From contig OZ286462.1 in assembly GCA_965644265.1 (NCBI GenBank), positions 117,552,001 to 117,616,000 on the forward strand: 64,000 nucleotides of DNA, in the 5' to 3' direction. This document shows, one piece after another, positions 22,026-35,626 of this stretch. Below the pieces are notes generated by a model. It had not been told where the DNA came from, ran no database searches, and worked only from the letters and a program-made list of their open reading frames with translations. The stretch comes from Glycera tridactyla (Eukaryota). Both the position numbers and the translations under genes were made by a program. The stretch's first letter is position 1; each line of letters opens with the position of its first letter.

Positions 22026-25014
22026 CGGAAGATGTGTGCAAAGAGAGGAGTGGGATTCTATCATATAGTGGAGATATATGCCCAACTAGAGATGCCACGA
22101 GATGAGCAGGCTTCTGATTCTGTTATTGATTTCGTTTTCGGGTGTGTAACTGGTATATCCACTATGATTCACTTGCATGCACTCGCTTTCTTTCCTTATG
22201 ATTGGCAGATTGGCATCGAATATGCACATAAATGAAGTGTGTGTATTAGTATGCGTACGAATGTGTGTGAATGTGTGTGTATGTGTGTATCAGCATGTAT
22301 GTGTATGAGACAGAGTGATACAGGGCAAAGTATTAGGAACGAATGAGAGGAAGATGAGGGGAGAGAAAATAGTCTGTGGAAGAATGCGAATAGAGATATT
22401 TGAATTTGAAAAAGAAGAAATGTAGGGCAGAGGAAGAGGAAATAGAGGAAGCAAAACTCAGGTCACCATCGCCTTGTTCACTCTAATCACGCAGATGGCA
22501 TTTTTTTCAACCCAGGGATCGATATCCATCATCGATAATATGCCAACATCAGAGAAGATATATCAGATTCTTCTGACAGATTGAGATTCAAGTGAACTTT
22601 TGTAAAGATGGAATATGATTAGGTTGACAGGACTGGATATGATACACCATCAATATTGAATGATTTCTCATATCTTATCGAGAATGCTGAGTTCACTTTT
22701 GATATAGAAACGATGACTTTACTAAACCGAGGCAATATAAATCAATAGAGTACATTGCTTCGGGCAATCACATAATCACAGTAGTAATTTCATTGCCATC
22801 AGAAGTGATCTTATCGCTCTGAGAAAGCCCAGATTATTTATAACATGAAACATAGCAATCAAAAATAACAAAAACAAAACTTTCAGAAGCAGGAAAATAC
22901 TCAATGAAGTGATTTGAACTTAATTAGATCTTGCCATCTCAGTGCCACAATCATGACATTGAGTGAAGATGTAGATTTGATCCAATTTCATTTGTCACCT
23001 ATCTAAAATTTCCAGCTCCTTTTTTGACCAATTTTCTTCCATGATAGATACATCAATGAGCAAGTGGATAGCCAGTGCAATGGAGAAATATCTCAACGCT
23101 AATTTATTGATTTATGAAATATGACCATATCTTGGATTCGGGATATGGTATCTTAGATTTGCCCAATTGGTATGACAATTATTGTATAGAACCTGATGAA
23201 ATAGGTACTGCATGGGCTCCAGATTTGTGAGCCATTTCAGAGGTAGAACAATCAATGCAAATATGTGCCCTTTTGTTGGCATAAAACCATTGAAGTGGAA
23301 TTGAATATAATAGACCATCGATGAAGACGTTGATGCTGTTCAGACCAGAGCTAAAAAATCTGTTCTCTTAACATTATGAGTAGGAAATGCTGGCTGCCTT
23401 CAGAGTGAATCCTTCTGACACCCCACCCATGCAAAGGATGTCAGCTTGTAAAAAAACACAATATAATATTCTTGGTACAAGACCTCCTGCAGGCGATTGT
23501 CAATATTATCATGAGACAGATATCAAACGGCACCCAGTGTGTCATTGTGATTTCTATCTGGCAGACATAGATCGTCGTTAATTTTGCTTTTGTCAGTGAA
23601 TATATATTGTATGGAAATCGAGTCTTATTCTGTGCCATACAGGATAAATACTGCGGATAAGAGAATCACTGCATGCCTACTATTGACTTTTAATACAATG
23701 CATAGGACTCGAAAGTACCGATGATTCTTCTTGTTTATCGGTTCAGACCGTGAAGCTGGCTCTGATCTGATCCAAATTCACTCGATTATATCTGTCAAAA
23801 TGTATTCATACATCACATTGATTCTATATCAAGTGAAACAGACAGACATACAGACCGACAGACAAACCGACAGACAGGTATGTCAAATTTCCTTCATTTG
23901 CAAATTCATGAGAATCTGTTACACCCTTGCCCTAGCCTAGAAGGATTTGGGATAAGATTCTCTTGGCACGATGCAGGCTAGACGAGGTCAGTTAAAAGAA
24001 AGAGAAGGGCACTCACCCAGCTCTCAATACATGGGTACTCAAGTGAATACAGGATTTGGCCATCAGCTTGGATCGCTGCATATTCAACGGCACACTCGGC
24101 CGTCACTCAAACCCCAACAGAAAATTATCTAATTTCACAATAAGATGGGTATAGTATAGCAATATCCTGACACTGATCTCGGGGGGATTTCCAGAGTACC
24201 GCTACTCCTGTCGATGTCATCAACACTACTTGTACAGTTTTTACCCATTACCAGCCGTGTTAGGTGTGCACTGAAATTCCGCTGCACAACACCGTTTCTG
24301 ATGTGACTTATATCAACTATGAGCGTGGCTATGCATATCTCTGTCTGGCGATCGGACAAAGAATAGCTTCGATATGGCACCTCGGATCCAAGCATGAGCA
24401 ACATACGTTTGTCAGGCTCACTCCTTCACTACAGATGAATTCCAGTGTGTGGATGCCAGCCGCACAACAGTGAAAGGTATGAAGATTGCCTGAACTCTGA
24501 CTTTTTGCAGTTATTCACTACATGTATTTGACAGCAGTGTGTATACAGATAGGTGTCCTCTTAACCATAGTCAGCTTGTTCCTATGCCTTTCATCTGTTT
24601 TCCTATCCTTTATCATCATCATCATCATACACATCCTCATCATCATCATTCTATCCATTCCGGCAATTCTCATCCCCAAGCAACCCCATTGTAGCCCCTC
24701 AAGCCAGAGTTGCGAAACTGGCAGATTTGTCATAGTTAGCAATTCAGACACACTTCTGCATCGGATACACATCTAAACCATTCACATAAATCTAAATGAA
24801 GCCTAATGATGCAGCTATTTATGATAAAAAATCTGGTCGAGATCAGCTTGGGCATGAATTATTCATCTCTCCGCGGCTGGAATGCCATCAGCCTCGTTGA
24901 TGCATGGCAATTTCGCGTGTCTGATACATCATTGTTGTACATACATGTGCATATCTCCTTTGTCTCAAGGGACAATAAATGGCATCAGGCGAGAGACTCT
25001 GGTCAGATTATGCA

Positions 25015-26988
25015 CAGCATATAGCTGCTCCCATCACCACACTACCACAGATAAATGCCCAAGTGTGAATACTGTCTGGGTATTGGCATAAAAATATATG
25101 TAGAATGTGACAGCAATGACCTATCACTATCATATATAGCTGCTGCCATCACCGCATCACAACAGATGGATGCTCAAGTGTGAATACTGGCTGGATATCA
25201 CCATAACAATGTATGTAGGTTGTGACAGCTCTGACCTATCACTGTCATATATAGGTGCTGCCATCACCACATCACCACAGATGGATGCTCAAGTGTGAAT
25301 ACTGGCTGGATATCACCATAACAATGTATGTAGGTTGTGACAGCTCTGACCTATCACTGTCATATATAGGTGCTGCCATCACCACATCACCACAGATGGA
25401 TGCTCAAGTGTGAATACTGGCTGGATATCAGCATAACAATGTATGTAGGATGTGACACCTCTGACCCATCACTGTTATATATAGGTGCTGCCCTCACCAC
25501 ATCACCACAGATGGATCCCCATGTGTGAATACTGGCTGGATATCAGCATAACCAAGTATGTAGGTTGTGACAGCTCTGACTCCTCACTGCCATATATAGC
25601 TGCTGCCGTCACCACATCACCACAGATGGATGCTCAAGTGTGAATACTGACCGGATATCAGCATAATAATGTAAGTAGAATGTGTCAGCTCTGACCCATC
25701 ACTGTCATATATAGCTGCTGCCATCACCATACTACCACAGATGGATCCTCAAGTGTGAATACTGGCAGGATATCAGCATAATAATGCATGTAGAATGTGA
25801 CACCTCTGACCCATCACTGTCATATATAGCTGCTGCCATCACCACATCACCACAGATGGATCCTCAAGTGTGAATACTGGCTGGATATCAGCATAACAAT
25901 GTATAAGGAATGTGACACCTCTGACCCATCACTGTCATTTATAGGTGCTGCCATCACCATACTACCCCAGATGGATCCTGAAGTGTGAATACTGGCTGGA
26001 TATCAGCATAATAATGTATGTAGAATGTGACAGCTCCGACCTATCATTGTCATATATAGCTGCTGCCATCACCATACTACCACAGATGGATCCTCAAGTG
26101 TGAATACTGGCGAGATATCAGCATAATAATGCATGTAGAATGTGTCATCTCTGACCCATCACTGTCATATATAGCTGCTGCCATCACCATACTACCACAG
26201 ATGGATCCTCAAGTGTGAATACTGGCTGGATATCAGCATAACAATGCATGTAGAATGTGTCAGCTCTGACCCATCACTGTCATATATAGCTGCTGCCATC
26301 ACCACATCACCACAGATGGATCCTCAAGTGTGAATACTGGCTGGATATCAGCATAGCAATGTATGTAGAATGTGACACCTCTCACCCATCACTGTCATAT
26401 ATATATAGGTGCTGCCATCACCGCATCACCAAAGATGGATCCTCAAGGTGAATACTGGCTGTATATCAGCATAACAATGTATGTAGAATGTGACACCTCT
26501 GACCCGTCACTGTCATATATAGGTGCTGCCATCACCACATCACCAAAGATGAATCCCCATGTGTGAATATTGGCTGTATATCAGCAAAACCAAGTATGTA
26601 GGTTGTGACAGCTCTGACTCATCACTGCCATACATAGGTGCTGCCATCACCACATCACCACAGATGAATCCCCATGTGTGAATATTGGCTGTATATCAGC
26701 ATAACCAAGTATGTAGGTTGTGACAGCTCTGACTCATCACTGCCATATATAGGTGCTGCCATCACCACATCACCACAGATGGATCCCCATGTGTGAATAT
26801 TGGCTGTATATCAGCATAACCAAGTATGTAGGTTGTGACAGCTCTGACTCATCACTTTCATATATAGCTGCTGCCATCACCACATCACCACAGATGGATG
26901 CTCAAGTGTGAATATTGGCAGGATATCAGCCTAAAAATGTAAGTGGAATGTGACAGCTCTGACCTATCGGTGTCATATACTAGTGCCA
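25015..26988. repeat. 115-bp minisatellite, ~17 units
   Basis: Anchor CAGATGGA recurs at 25163, 25278, 25393, 25508, 25623 and so on to 26891 (period 114-119, mostly 115). Confidence 0.97.
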
Positions 26989-29003
26989 AGTGTCAGCGTG
27001 ATATGTGAGCATCAATAACTATCATCCGTGGTATGAAATGAATAAGACCAGCTAGTCAGTTCTTTCCTGCAAGAAAACATCCGTTATCATGCTGACCATT
27101 CGCCTATTACGTAGAGAAATATTTCTTCACTGAAATTACACATCATAGTTGTCTCAGCCTCCCTACAAAAAAAATTCAACTCTTGCCTAGGTTAGAAGGC
27201 TTGTCATGGAAAGGTTATAACAGCAATGAGAGGATTTGCAATTGGAGTGATTCAGTCTATTGAACATCTAATTTCTGATGATCAAACTATGCAGCCTCTT
27301 CAAATAGGGACATCACTCGCAACATTCAGTCCTCTCATATTCACCTGACCAGGGCACCATGCAATCCCATGTGAAAAGTATAACGTGTGTGGACTGTTTT
27401 TTCACCTACTTTAAGTGCGAGTGGGTAGCCAATGATACTGCTTGTGATGTGCAGAGAACCCGATTAAAATAAGCCATATATATTCCCAGGGAAGGGACGT
27501 TACATCATCTAGTCGGTCTGGATGGGTTGAATGAGAGGTGAGGCTGATGAGGTCTCCGGTTTTCATTGCATATAGGTTTTTGCACGATATACAGGAATAT
27601 TTCAGGCACTATTTTTGTTCTTGTGGATGCAAATCCGTCAACACCTCTCCACGCCAGCCAGACTGGGTCCTGTACACAATCAAGACGATGCTAGGACATA
27701 CTTCATGCTCAGTGCCGCTCTAATATTTATATGTGACTCACCTTGAATATGATTTTTCTTCGATATGTTTATGTTCGTACATAACATGATACACAAATGG
27801 ATGAATGAATAGATGAAATCAGTGAATAAATCGAGGGTTCTGATGATCTTTGTAAACATCTAAAGTTTTACTCATGAAGCATCTTTGAACATGATGAGGA
27901 CTTTGGCGCTCTATGAATCACTATAACAATATTCATTCGAACGTCATTTTTTCGGACTGAGTCATGCAGAAAGTGATCAGGCAAGAAAGCAAATTGTCAA
28001 CTAACTTAAATGCGCTCGCTGCATGGGTCAGGAAATTTCGAGCATGAATGGGTATGTCAAATTTCCTCAAATGGCATTGGCAGGTGAACCTTCATCTCCT
28101 CAAAAAATATCTAGTTTCTCCCTGATTTCCTGTCTCCAAGATACAAACTGTATAATAGATAGGGATACCTTCAGGATCAGTGATAATATGCTCTTTTTAG
28201 ACAGGTCGCATGTGAAGAAGAAATATCATTTCTATACCTTTTTGTTTCCCCACGTCATCCAGGTCCATGATATTGAGTTCCATGACCTGTTTAGTATCAT
28301 ATCAAGTGCAAGCAATTAGCCTTACCCTGGAATCATTAGCAGGTTATTTCCTCCTTGACTCCTTGATTTGTTGTTGAAAAAACTGGTATCATAGTTCGTG
28401 TAATAAAAGCGCTAAAAGTGCATTTTGGAAGAGCTCACCACTTTTATTCGCCTGAAGGGTGAAGCTTCGAACATGTATCATGTGGGTAGCTTTTTTTTGA
28501 GCGGGCACAATGGTATCATGGTGGCGGGAGGGGGAGGGGCAGGGGTTGGGGTGGTGGTTAAGGTGTGGTTCATGGTAATGATGAAAATTGGGATGATGTT
28601 GGTGATGGAGATGGTCGTCGTCTTCGCCACCTTCGTTGTCGACTTTCTCGCTGACCTCGTAGTGGAATGGAGGTGCACAAAATCGATGCTGGTCGTTGCG
28701 GACGCCAACCTATTTTGTGGATGATAAGTAGGTTGATGATATTGACGATGACGAGATGATGAAGATAGCCATGACAGGGACAATGAAGCTGACCAAGATG
28801 ACGATTTCTATGATGACGGTGATAGTATCGATAGCAATGATGACGAAGACGACCACGATGGTGACGACGACACAAATGACTTTCATGATGAAGAGGATTG
28901 CTCAAAGACAATGACGAAAACAACATGAAGATGATCCTGGCGACAGCGATGATGGCCGTGATGGAGATGTGCCTCAGATCATACTGCAAAATCTCCTGGA
29001 TCT

Positions 29004-29178
29004 ATCTGTACCATTTCTCCCTCAAATTTAGCATTCCCCGGGCCGATAGGCCTACACGCGAACATTACAACAATACGAATAAAAATTCGTCAGTGTAACC
29101 CTACCCGTTACTCCCGCTAGATGGCTAATATCCACTAGATGTCGCAACTGCGTCACCGGTTCTCTGTGTATTTTTCAA
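29004..29178 (+). repeat. DIRS left terminal repeat
   Basis: 29011-29178 is the reverse complement of 39119-39286 with 3 mismatches, all at CpG sites. Confidence 0.96.
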
Positions 29179-29683
29179 CTTCGCCTCGTTGAGACAAGTT
29201 GAGGCATACCCGGGCTCTGGTTTGAATCACGAATTTCGTTGTTTAAACCATCGCCTACACCTCCGTTTTGATTCTTGGCGTTCCGGATATTGTTACACAT
29301 TGCTCTGGAATTGCCGGAATTATTTCGGGGAAATTTGCGAACTTGATATCTTTGATATTGTTACTTTTTCAGCCCGTGCTTCGGCACTTGTGTGTCTGAA
29401 TGAGTGTGTGTACTACTTATGAAATAGTGGAGAGACTTGTCTCAACACTTGTGATTTTCATATCATCGTTGCCGCGTTACAGATAATTCCGGAGTTGCAG
29501 ATAACAACTTAGCAGCGAGCGAACTTCGACCATTCTAGTTCGCCAGTAACAGCGGTCACGGTTCCGTACATAGGTTAGGTGACTGACCCAGTTCTATTGT
29601 TCGGGGGTTGGCGCGGTCTATAATCAGCAAGCCTGCATGCATTGCTCCGCGCTGACTTAGCTACACTTAGCCTCAATGTAACC

Positions 29684-32600
29684 ATGTCATCGTCGGCGTT
29701 GTCAACGTCGTCGCAGAAGAGAGGCAAATGTGGTCATTACATGTCTCGTCTGGATGATCACTTGAAATGTCCCTCATGTAGATTTTGTGGAAAATCGGAG
29801 GATCCCACTAAAGGGGAGAATGTGTGTAGGGTTTGTGCGAGTTGGACGCCAGAACAATGGGCAGGACATTATTCTAGGCGTACCTTCGCTTGTAAAAAGA
29901 AGAAGCAGTCAATTTCTAGAATCAGGATCGAGAAAGTAGATAATCCCAAGTCTGACAAACCGTCTAAGTCTAGTACGATCAAGTCAGGGAAAAGGTCTAA
30001 GTCTAAAGAGACTAAGTTGAAGGGGCCTACTTCTACTTTGGAACCCATCACTTCCAATTCTAAGAATATCTCACCTATTCGAGTTCCCTCTGCATCAAAA
30101 ACAACTTCAGTCAGATCAACTCCATCTAGTGACACACAAAGTTTAGCCCATATGGAAAAAGAAATGTCTTTAAGACCTCAACTTTTCCTTGCTATTGAAA
30201 GTAGAAGTCTAGCTGAAAAGAAGCTGAAAAAAAACAGAGAGAAAGGGCCCTGTAGTGAGTGAGACAGGGAATGAAGTTACTACTTCCATTACGCATAGAC
30301 TAAGGAGTCTACCAAGTTTATCGTCTAAGTTTTCAGGCAGGTCTAAGTTACCTAGTACGTACCAACTTAAGTGTACTAATCAGGCACAGACTCAGAGTGT
30401 ATCGGCAGAGCAGAAATTAGCTAGTACACAGTCAAACTTAGAGGATGAAATGTCTGAAGAGCATGATATTCCAGAGTTGGCAGACACTCTGTCACAGGAT
30501 CATACTAAGACAGGACAAGTTTCTGAGTCAGGAGATAAACAAGTACAACCTAAGGAGGTTAGAGTATCTAGAGTTATGCCAGGTCGAGATGAGTCACAAA
30601 TTACTCTGAACATGTTTCCTGGAAGAGTCATAGTACAGAAGCTCAAATTGGCCGGACAGACGACAGTATCTGTAAAATCTGGGGATAGGATGTCCAGGAA
30701 AATGACCGGACTGTCTAAAAATACCGGACATTCCAAGATAACCGGACACTCCAAATCTGTGTCCAAAGGGACTGACTTTCCGGAAGTTACGGGACAGTCT
30801 GAAGTCATTCAGAGTAGACACAGAAGGACCGGACATCTAGGGAATGCCAGACATTCGGATATTTCTGTACACAAAGCATCTGATTCCATGGGGAAGAAGA
30901 TGCCAGAAGAAGTGACCGGACACTCTAAGTTATCTCAGAGTGCTATGGAAATGACCGGACATTCAGGGAATGCCGGACATGTTACACCCACCGGACACTT
31001 GGTATCTGAGTCCAAGGGGACTAAGGTATCTGAATATGTGTCCGAAGAGACTGAGCGGACTCAGGACACACTGGGAATGACCGGACATTCAGGGAATACC
31101 AGACATTCCAATATAACCGGACATGGAATTGTTGTAGACACAGAGGGTGTAATTCCCGATCATAGGACCGGACACAGAATTACTAATCAGGATCAGGAGC
31201 ATAATGATTCTCCTTTAGATGAGGATGACAGTGACAGGAAGGAGAATGATCAAACAGATCATGTTTTGTTTGTTTCTGATCATTCTGAAGAGAGAGAATC
31301 AGAGGAAGAGGTGTTACTCAGAGGCTTCTGAAGAACACATAGCACCTGATTTAGATGCTCTTGACTCAATCAGGACTGAAGATTTCCTAACACCTAGAGA
31401 GCTAGCAGTGGTCAGGGAACGTTACTTAGCACAAGTAAGGGAGAGACAGGGGTTTACTAAGTCAGTTCCAGACCAAAAGCACTTAGTTTCTTCTCCAGAT
31501 AGGTTAGATCCACAAGTTTTTGGATCTCCTTCTGACATTAGCTTCAAGGCAAGTCTAATGCGAATGGCTTCTCGAAGGAAGTTATTAGAAGACAAATTAA
31601 GTGATGTTAGGGAGTTAATGAGTCAAGTAATGCCAGGTATTTCTCTCGGTAATAGGTTGGAAGAAATAACATCTAGTAGACCAGAGAGGATCATGAACAG
31701 TTTGCCTGTTAGAACAGAACAAGCTAAGTTTATTCCCCCTAAGTCAGTGGAGAGGTCTAAGTCTACCAACTCCAATTTGACTTTTAACTTACATGTTGAT
31801 ACTGTCGTCTCCAGAGTGAAAAGCAGAATTGGCCTCCTGTGGCGTATCCGGCGTTTCATAGATCGACCACTAGCCCTATATCTCTGCAATAGTCTTATCC
31901 TCCCCTTATTCGACTATAGTGACGTATTACTTCTCGGACTAAATAAGACTCAGAGTTCAAAACTGAATGTTTGCTACAATAATGCACTCAGAGCTGCTCT
32001 AGGAAAAGATAACAGGACCTCCACCAGTATCCTTCTTTCTGAAGCAAAACAAATTTCTTTAAATGCAAGAAGAAGCTACCATTCCCTATGTGAATTTTAC
32101 AAAATCTATAACGGAGCCTGCTCTGATAGATTAAGAAATATCTTTGAACAAAACTATTTTTCACACACCTCATCTCGCTCTACTCGCATGTACACAAACG
32201 AGCAACTCAGAATCCCTTACAACAAATTAATAAAAACTGATTCTAACTTCATCCTCTGCTGCGGTCATCTATGGAACGCCCTCCCTCTTGAAATTAGAAA
32301 AGCTGATACCATCTCTTCCTTCAAACGTAAACTGAAAAACACATTTGTGAGATACTGACCTCAACACTGATCACTATCACTGTATTAGATAATCGTATCT
32401 TGGAATCCTGATTTTACGCATATCATATCTATATACTCTACCAAGATCCTCCTGCCTCAAGACTAATCATGTTTGTATCTCCGTATACGTATTGCGCACT
32501 CCTGACCGTTGTAATCTCACACCATGCCTGTATCTGCTAATCCCGAAATATCATCTCCCAACATCTGAAGTAAAAGTCACTTGTAACAACGTTCCTACCT

Positions 32601-35600
32601 AGGAAACGTATACAGTCTATGAACTAATATGATATGATATGACATGATGTGTATGATCGTTGTTTCGTTGTTTTGTTTTACCTGATGTACATAGCCAACC
32701 ATTATTGCAATATTTTCACAATTGATGACGTTCCTATCTTGGAAACGTTAATCCTATCCTATCCTAACCAACCTCCTTAACCTGAAACATGATTGCTGCT
32801 GCCACAAACTGCTTACTCTTACATGCTTGTTTATGTCGATCGTACATAGCAAATTGTATCTAATATTCATCATATTATATCCGGCTCTCATAATAACGTT
32901 CCTACCTAGGATACGTTCATCCTGTTACTTTGTCTCATTCTCATACCAACTAACTACGAAACAAACTAATATAATATGATATAATATGTTATACCCGTTA
33001 TTTTCAATTTGCTCACACAATACGCTTGTCTTGCTATTACGTTATGCCCGTTATTTTCAATTTGCTCTCACAATATGCTCGTCTTGCTGAATGTACATAG
33101 CCAACCAGTATTGAAATCTTGTCACAATGAATGACGTTCCTACCTAGGAAACGTTAATCCTTTATTGCTATTGCTGCATAATAGCTTACTCTTACATGCT
33201 TGACTTTGCTGAATGTACTAAACAAACTGAAACTGATATACATCATATCTTGTCTAGCACTTTAATGCTGCACCTAGATTGGAACACTCTGGTATACTGT
33301 CTACATAGAGCCTGAACATATTTTAACTCATTTGCTTATCCCTATAAATTCAAAAACTCACAAGAAAATATCCATACTGATATTGATCATTGAATACTTT
33401 AAAGAATATTATTAGTTCAATCAATACATTTGTAAATACAATTTCAGATGATGTCCTTTCGGTTCGTCATATCACAACCACGACTTTATACTGTCAGCAA
33501 TGTTCCACTCTAGGAGATACCTGGGCCTTATCTAACCTGATCCATATCGCATGTTCATTCATATAAATCTCAATGATGTTCCTATTTCGGAAACGCCTGG
33601 TTCTATATCAAACCCCGATTTATTCATTTTATGTTTCATTCATATTTCCTATTTTCAAGTTCCTATCTAGCGCCTATACCTGACCTATGTCACACTAGAA
33701 ACTAACCATAACCATATCTTACATATTATATCTCTTGTTGCACCTGTTCTTGCTTCTCCATATATGACTGCACCCTTTCACATATACCCTTAATCAAGTC
33801 ATTTTACCTCCCATATGACCTAATCTTACCTGATCCATCACTAGTCATAACACTCTATTATACAACCCTGCCATTATTGTCATCTCATGCTATCTTATTT
33901 GTGAACGCAATATAACAAACTTTATTACAATGAATTCTACTAACATACCTCCTTATTATTCCTAATCTCCATCCCCCCCCCCCACCATTGAAACTACTTG
34001 CCAATTCCCACTTGTTTTCTCTTACCACTTTAGCCCTTTATGTAAACCCAAGCAATTACCTGTACTTTTACACCCGATACTACTTGACCACTGTTCTATT
34101 GTATATGTATATGTATATATGTTCTGTTTTTGCACTGTTTGTTTTCTTGTTCTCCTAAGGACAAAATATAGTCCGTTGACATGTCTTGCTGGAGCATAAT
34201 AAAGTTTTATTCAATCAAAAAAAAAAGTCATTGAAGAGACCTTCTCCTCAGGAAAAGACTACTCAGGCCAAAAAGAGTGGAGTAGAAATACCCCACACTG
34301 CAGCCTCTCCAGATGATGAAACAGAGATGGATCAGACTGAAAATAGTCAGAATGTGTGGTTCCAAGAAAGGAGGCCGGCTGAGCTCAGAGATGAAGCTAT
34401 GTGGCAGGCCATGAGGGACCGCTTTGAAGACTTAGAGTCCAGACTAAAAAGAGGGAAGAGTCTGAGGCTAATAAAGCTGGCTCTAACTCTGAGTCAGAGG
34501 GAGAGGCAGAGCAGCCAGTAGTCAAACGCCGCATGAGGAATTCCGTCGATTCGCGGCTGAGATTTTGCCTACTTATATTTCTAGACCTACCTCTTCAGAC
34601 CTCACAGGAGTAGGGATGTCTGATAGCAACAAGGATGCTGCATTTGTAGGTGAAGTACATGCTAAAGCTATTGATAGCCTCATGGATACTTCCTTGCCAA
34701 TTTCATCAGTTCTCAGGAATGCTCAAGAAATTCGTGACAGATTTTTGAAGGGAAGAGAGGGGTCGGAAGAATTTTTTCCTGTCTCTACCCCCTTAGAAGA
34801 GTTTGAACTTGGTACTGAGGGGATGCAGGAGAAGACTTCTAAATATTTCAAGATGTCTCAACCAAAAGTCTTTGGATGTAATCCTCGTTCTTATCGTACC
34901 AGAAAGTCGGGGGAGACATCTAGCAAATATCTTGTAAAATGCTCTCAGTTAGATCCAACTTACACAAAATATGCTAAGGGTAGTAAGTTTGAAGCTAAGC
35001 CAACTAATGATGAGATTATTCTCAGACAAACCTTGAAGATGCTTAGTTATACAGACTTAGCTCTAGCAGCTGGTCTATCGGCATCTGAACTTTCAGACAA
35101 TGACATCGAGAATGTCAAAGCCAAGGCCGAAGAGGCTATCCGTGTAGGGCTCTGCGCAGTGGAGCATGTCACTATACTACTGCTTAAAGTGGTAGGAAAC
35201 ATAGAGCTTGCACGGAGATCAGCAGCTCTTAAATACCTCAGTTTTGAAGAGGATACAAAAGAGAAACTTCGTACTCTTCCTCTAGGCCAACCACATTTGT
35301 TTGCTGGGAAATTGGACCAAGCCTCAAAATTATCTTTTGAGATTAGAAGAAGGAATCAATTCGAATCCAATACTCCAAGATCCCCTAAGAAATCTAGTAA
35401 CAAGGGCAATAGTTACAAGTCTAACCAGACTCAGGGCAAGCCAAGGGGCAGAGGGGGTTCTCGAGGCAGAGGTAGAGGCAGAGGTGCAGGGCAAGTTTCT
35501 AAAACCTTCAATTCTTCTGGGTCCAATATGAACCAGAATCAGCAAAACAATCAGCAACAGAAGAAGGGTGACTCCAAACCCCGATTCCAGAAATCGAGAG

Positions 35601-35626
35601 GCAGGGGAAAGAAACAGCAGCCCTAG
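29684..35626 (+). pseudogene. gag: DIRS gag-like ORF, broken by three frame changes and a LINE insertion
   Basis: ACCATG start; N-terminal C/H zinc-binding motif CGH..SRLDDHLKCPSC....C..C; TGH repeats; C-terminal LRTLPL...LFAGKL block and RGG-rich tail typical of DIRS gag. Pieces: 29684-30262, 30255-31331, 31219-31763, 34225-34521, 34565-35626. Confidence 0.8.
31764..34224 (+). mobile_element. 5'-truncated CR1/L2-group LINE (LINE-c) nested in DIRS gag
   Basis: 5-bp TSD AAGTC at 31759-31763 and 34225-34229; RT C-terminus SNLTFNLHVD...LWNALPLEIR..FKRKLK to 32358; ~1.85 kb 3' UTR; AATAAA and an A-rich tail. Removing it restores the gag frame (SK-S-LKRP). Confidence 0.93.

Larger units (their letters stand above)
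1..23830. repeat. Large duplicated unit, copy A (interrupted by two LINEs, a MITE and an inversion)
   Basis: Position 1 onward matches 27848 onward; 4531-7850 matches 39800-43090 and 46500-49600; 20691-21250 and 22570-23830 match 54220-54770 and 54990-56150. Compared by eye. Confidence 0.9.

Noticed and set aside
25015-26988. Retrozyme/hammerhead tandem array or coding repeat
   Set aside because: No CUGANGA...GAAA core on either strand; the 115-bp unit is not a multiple of 3.
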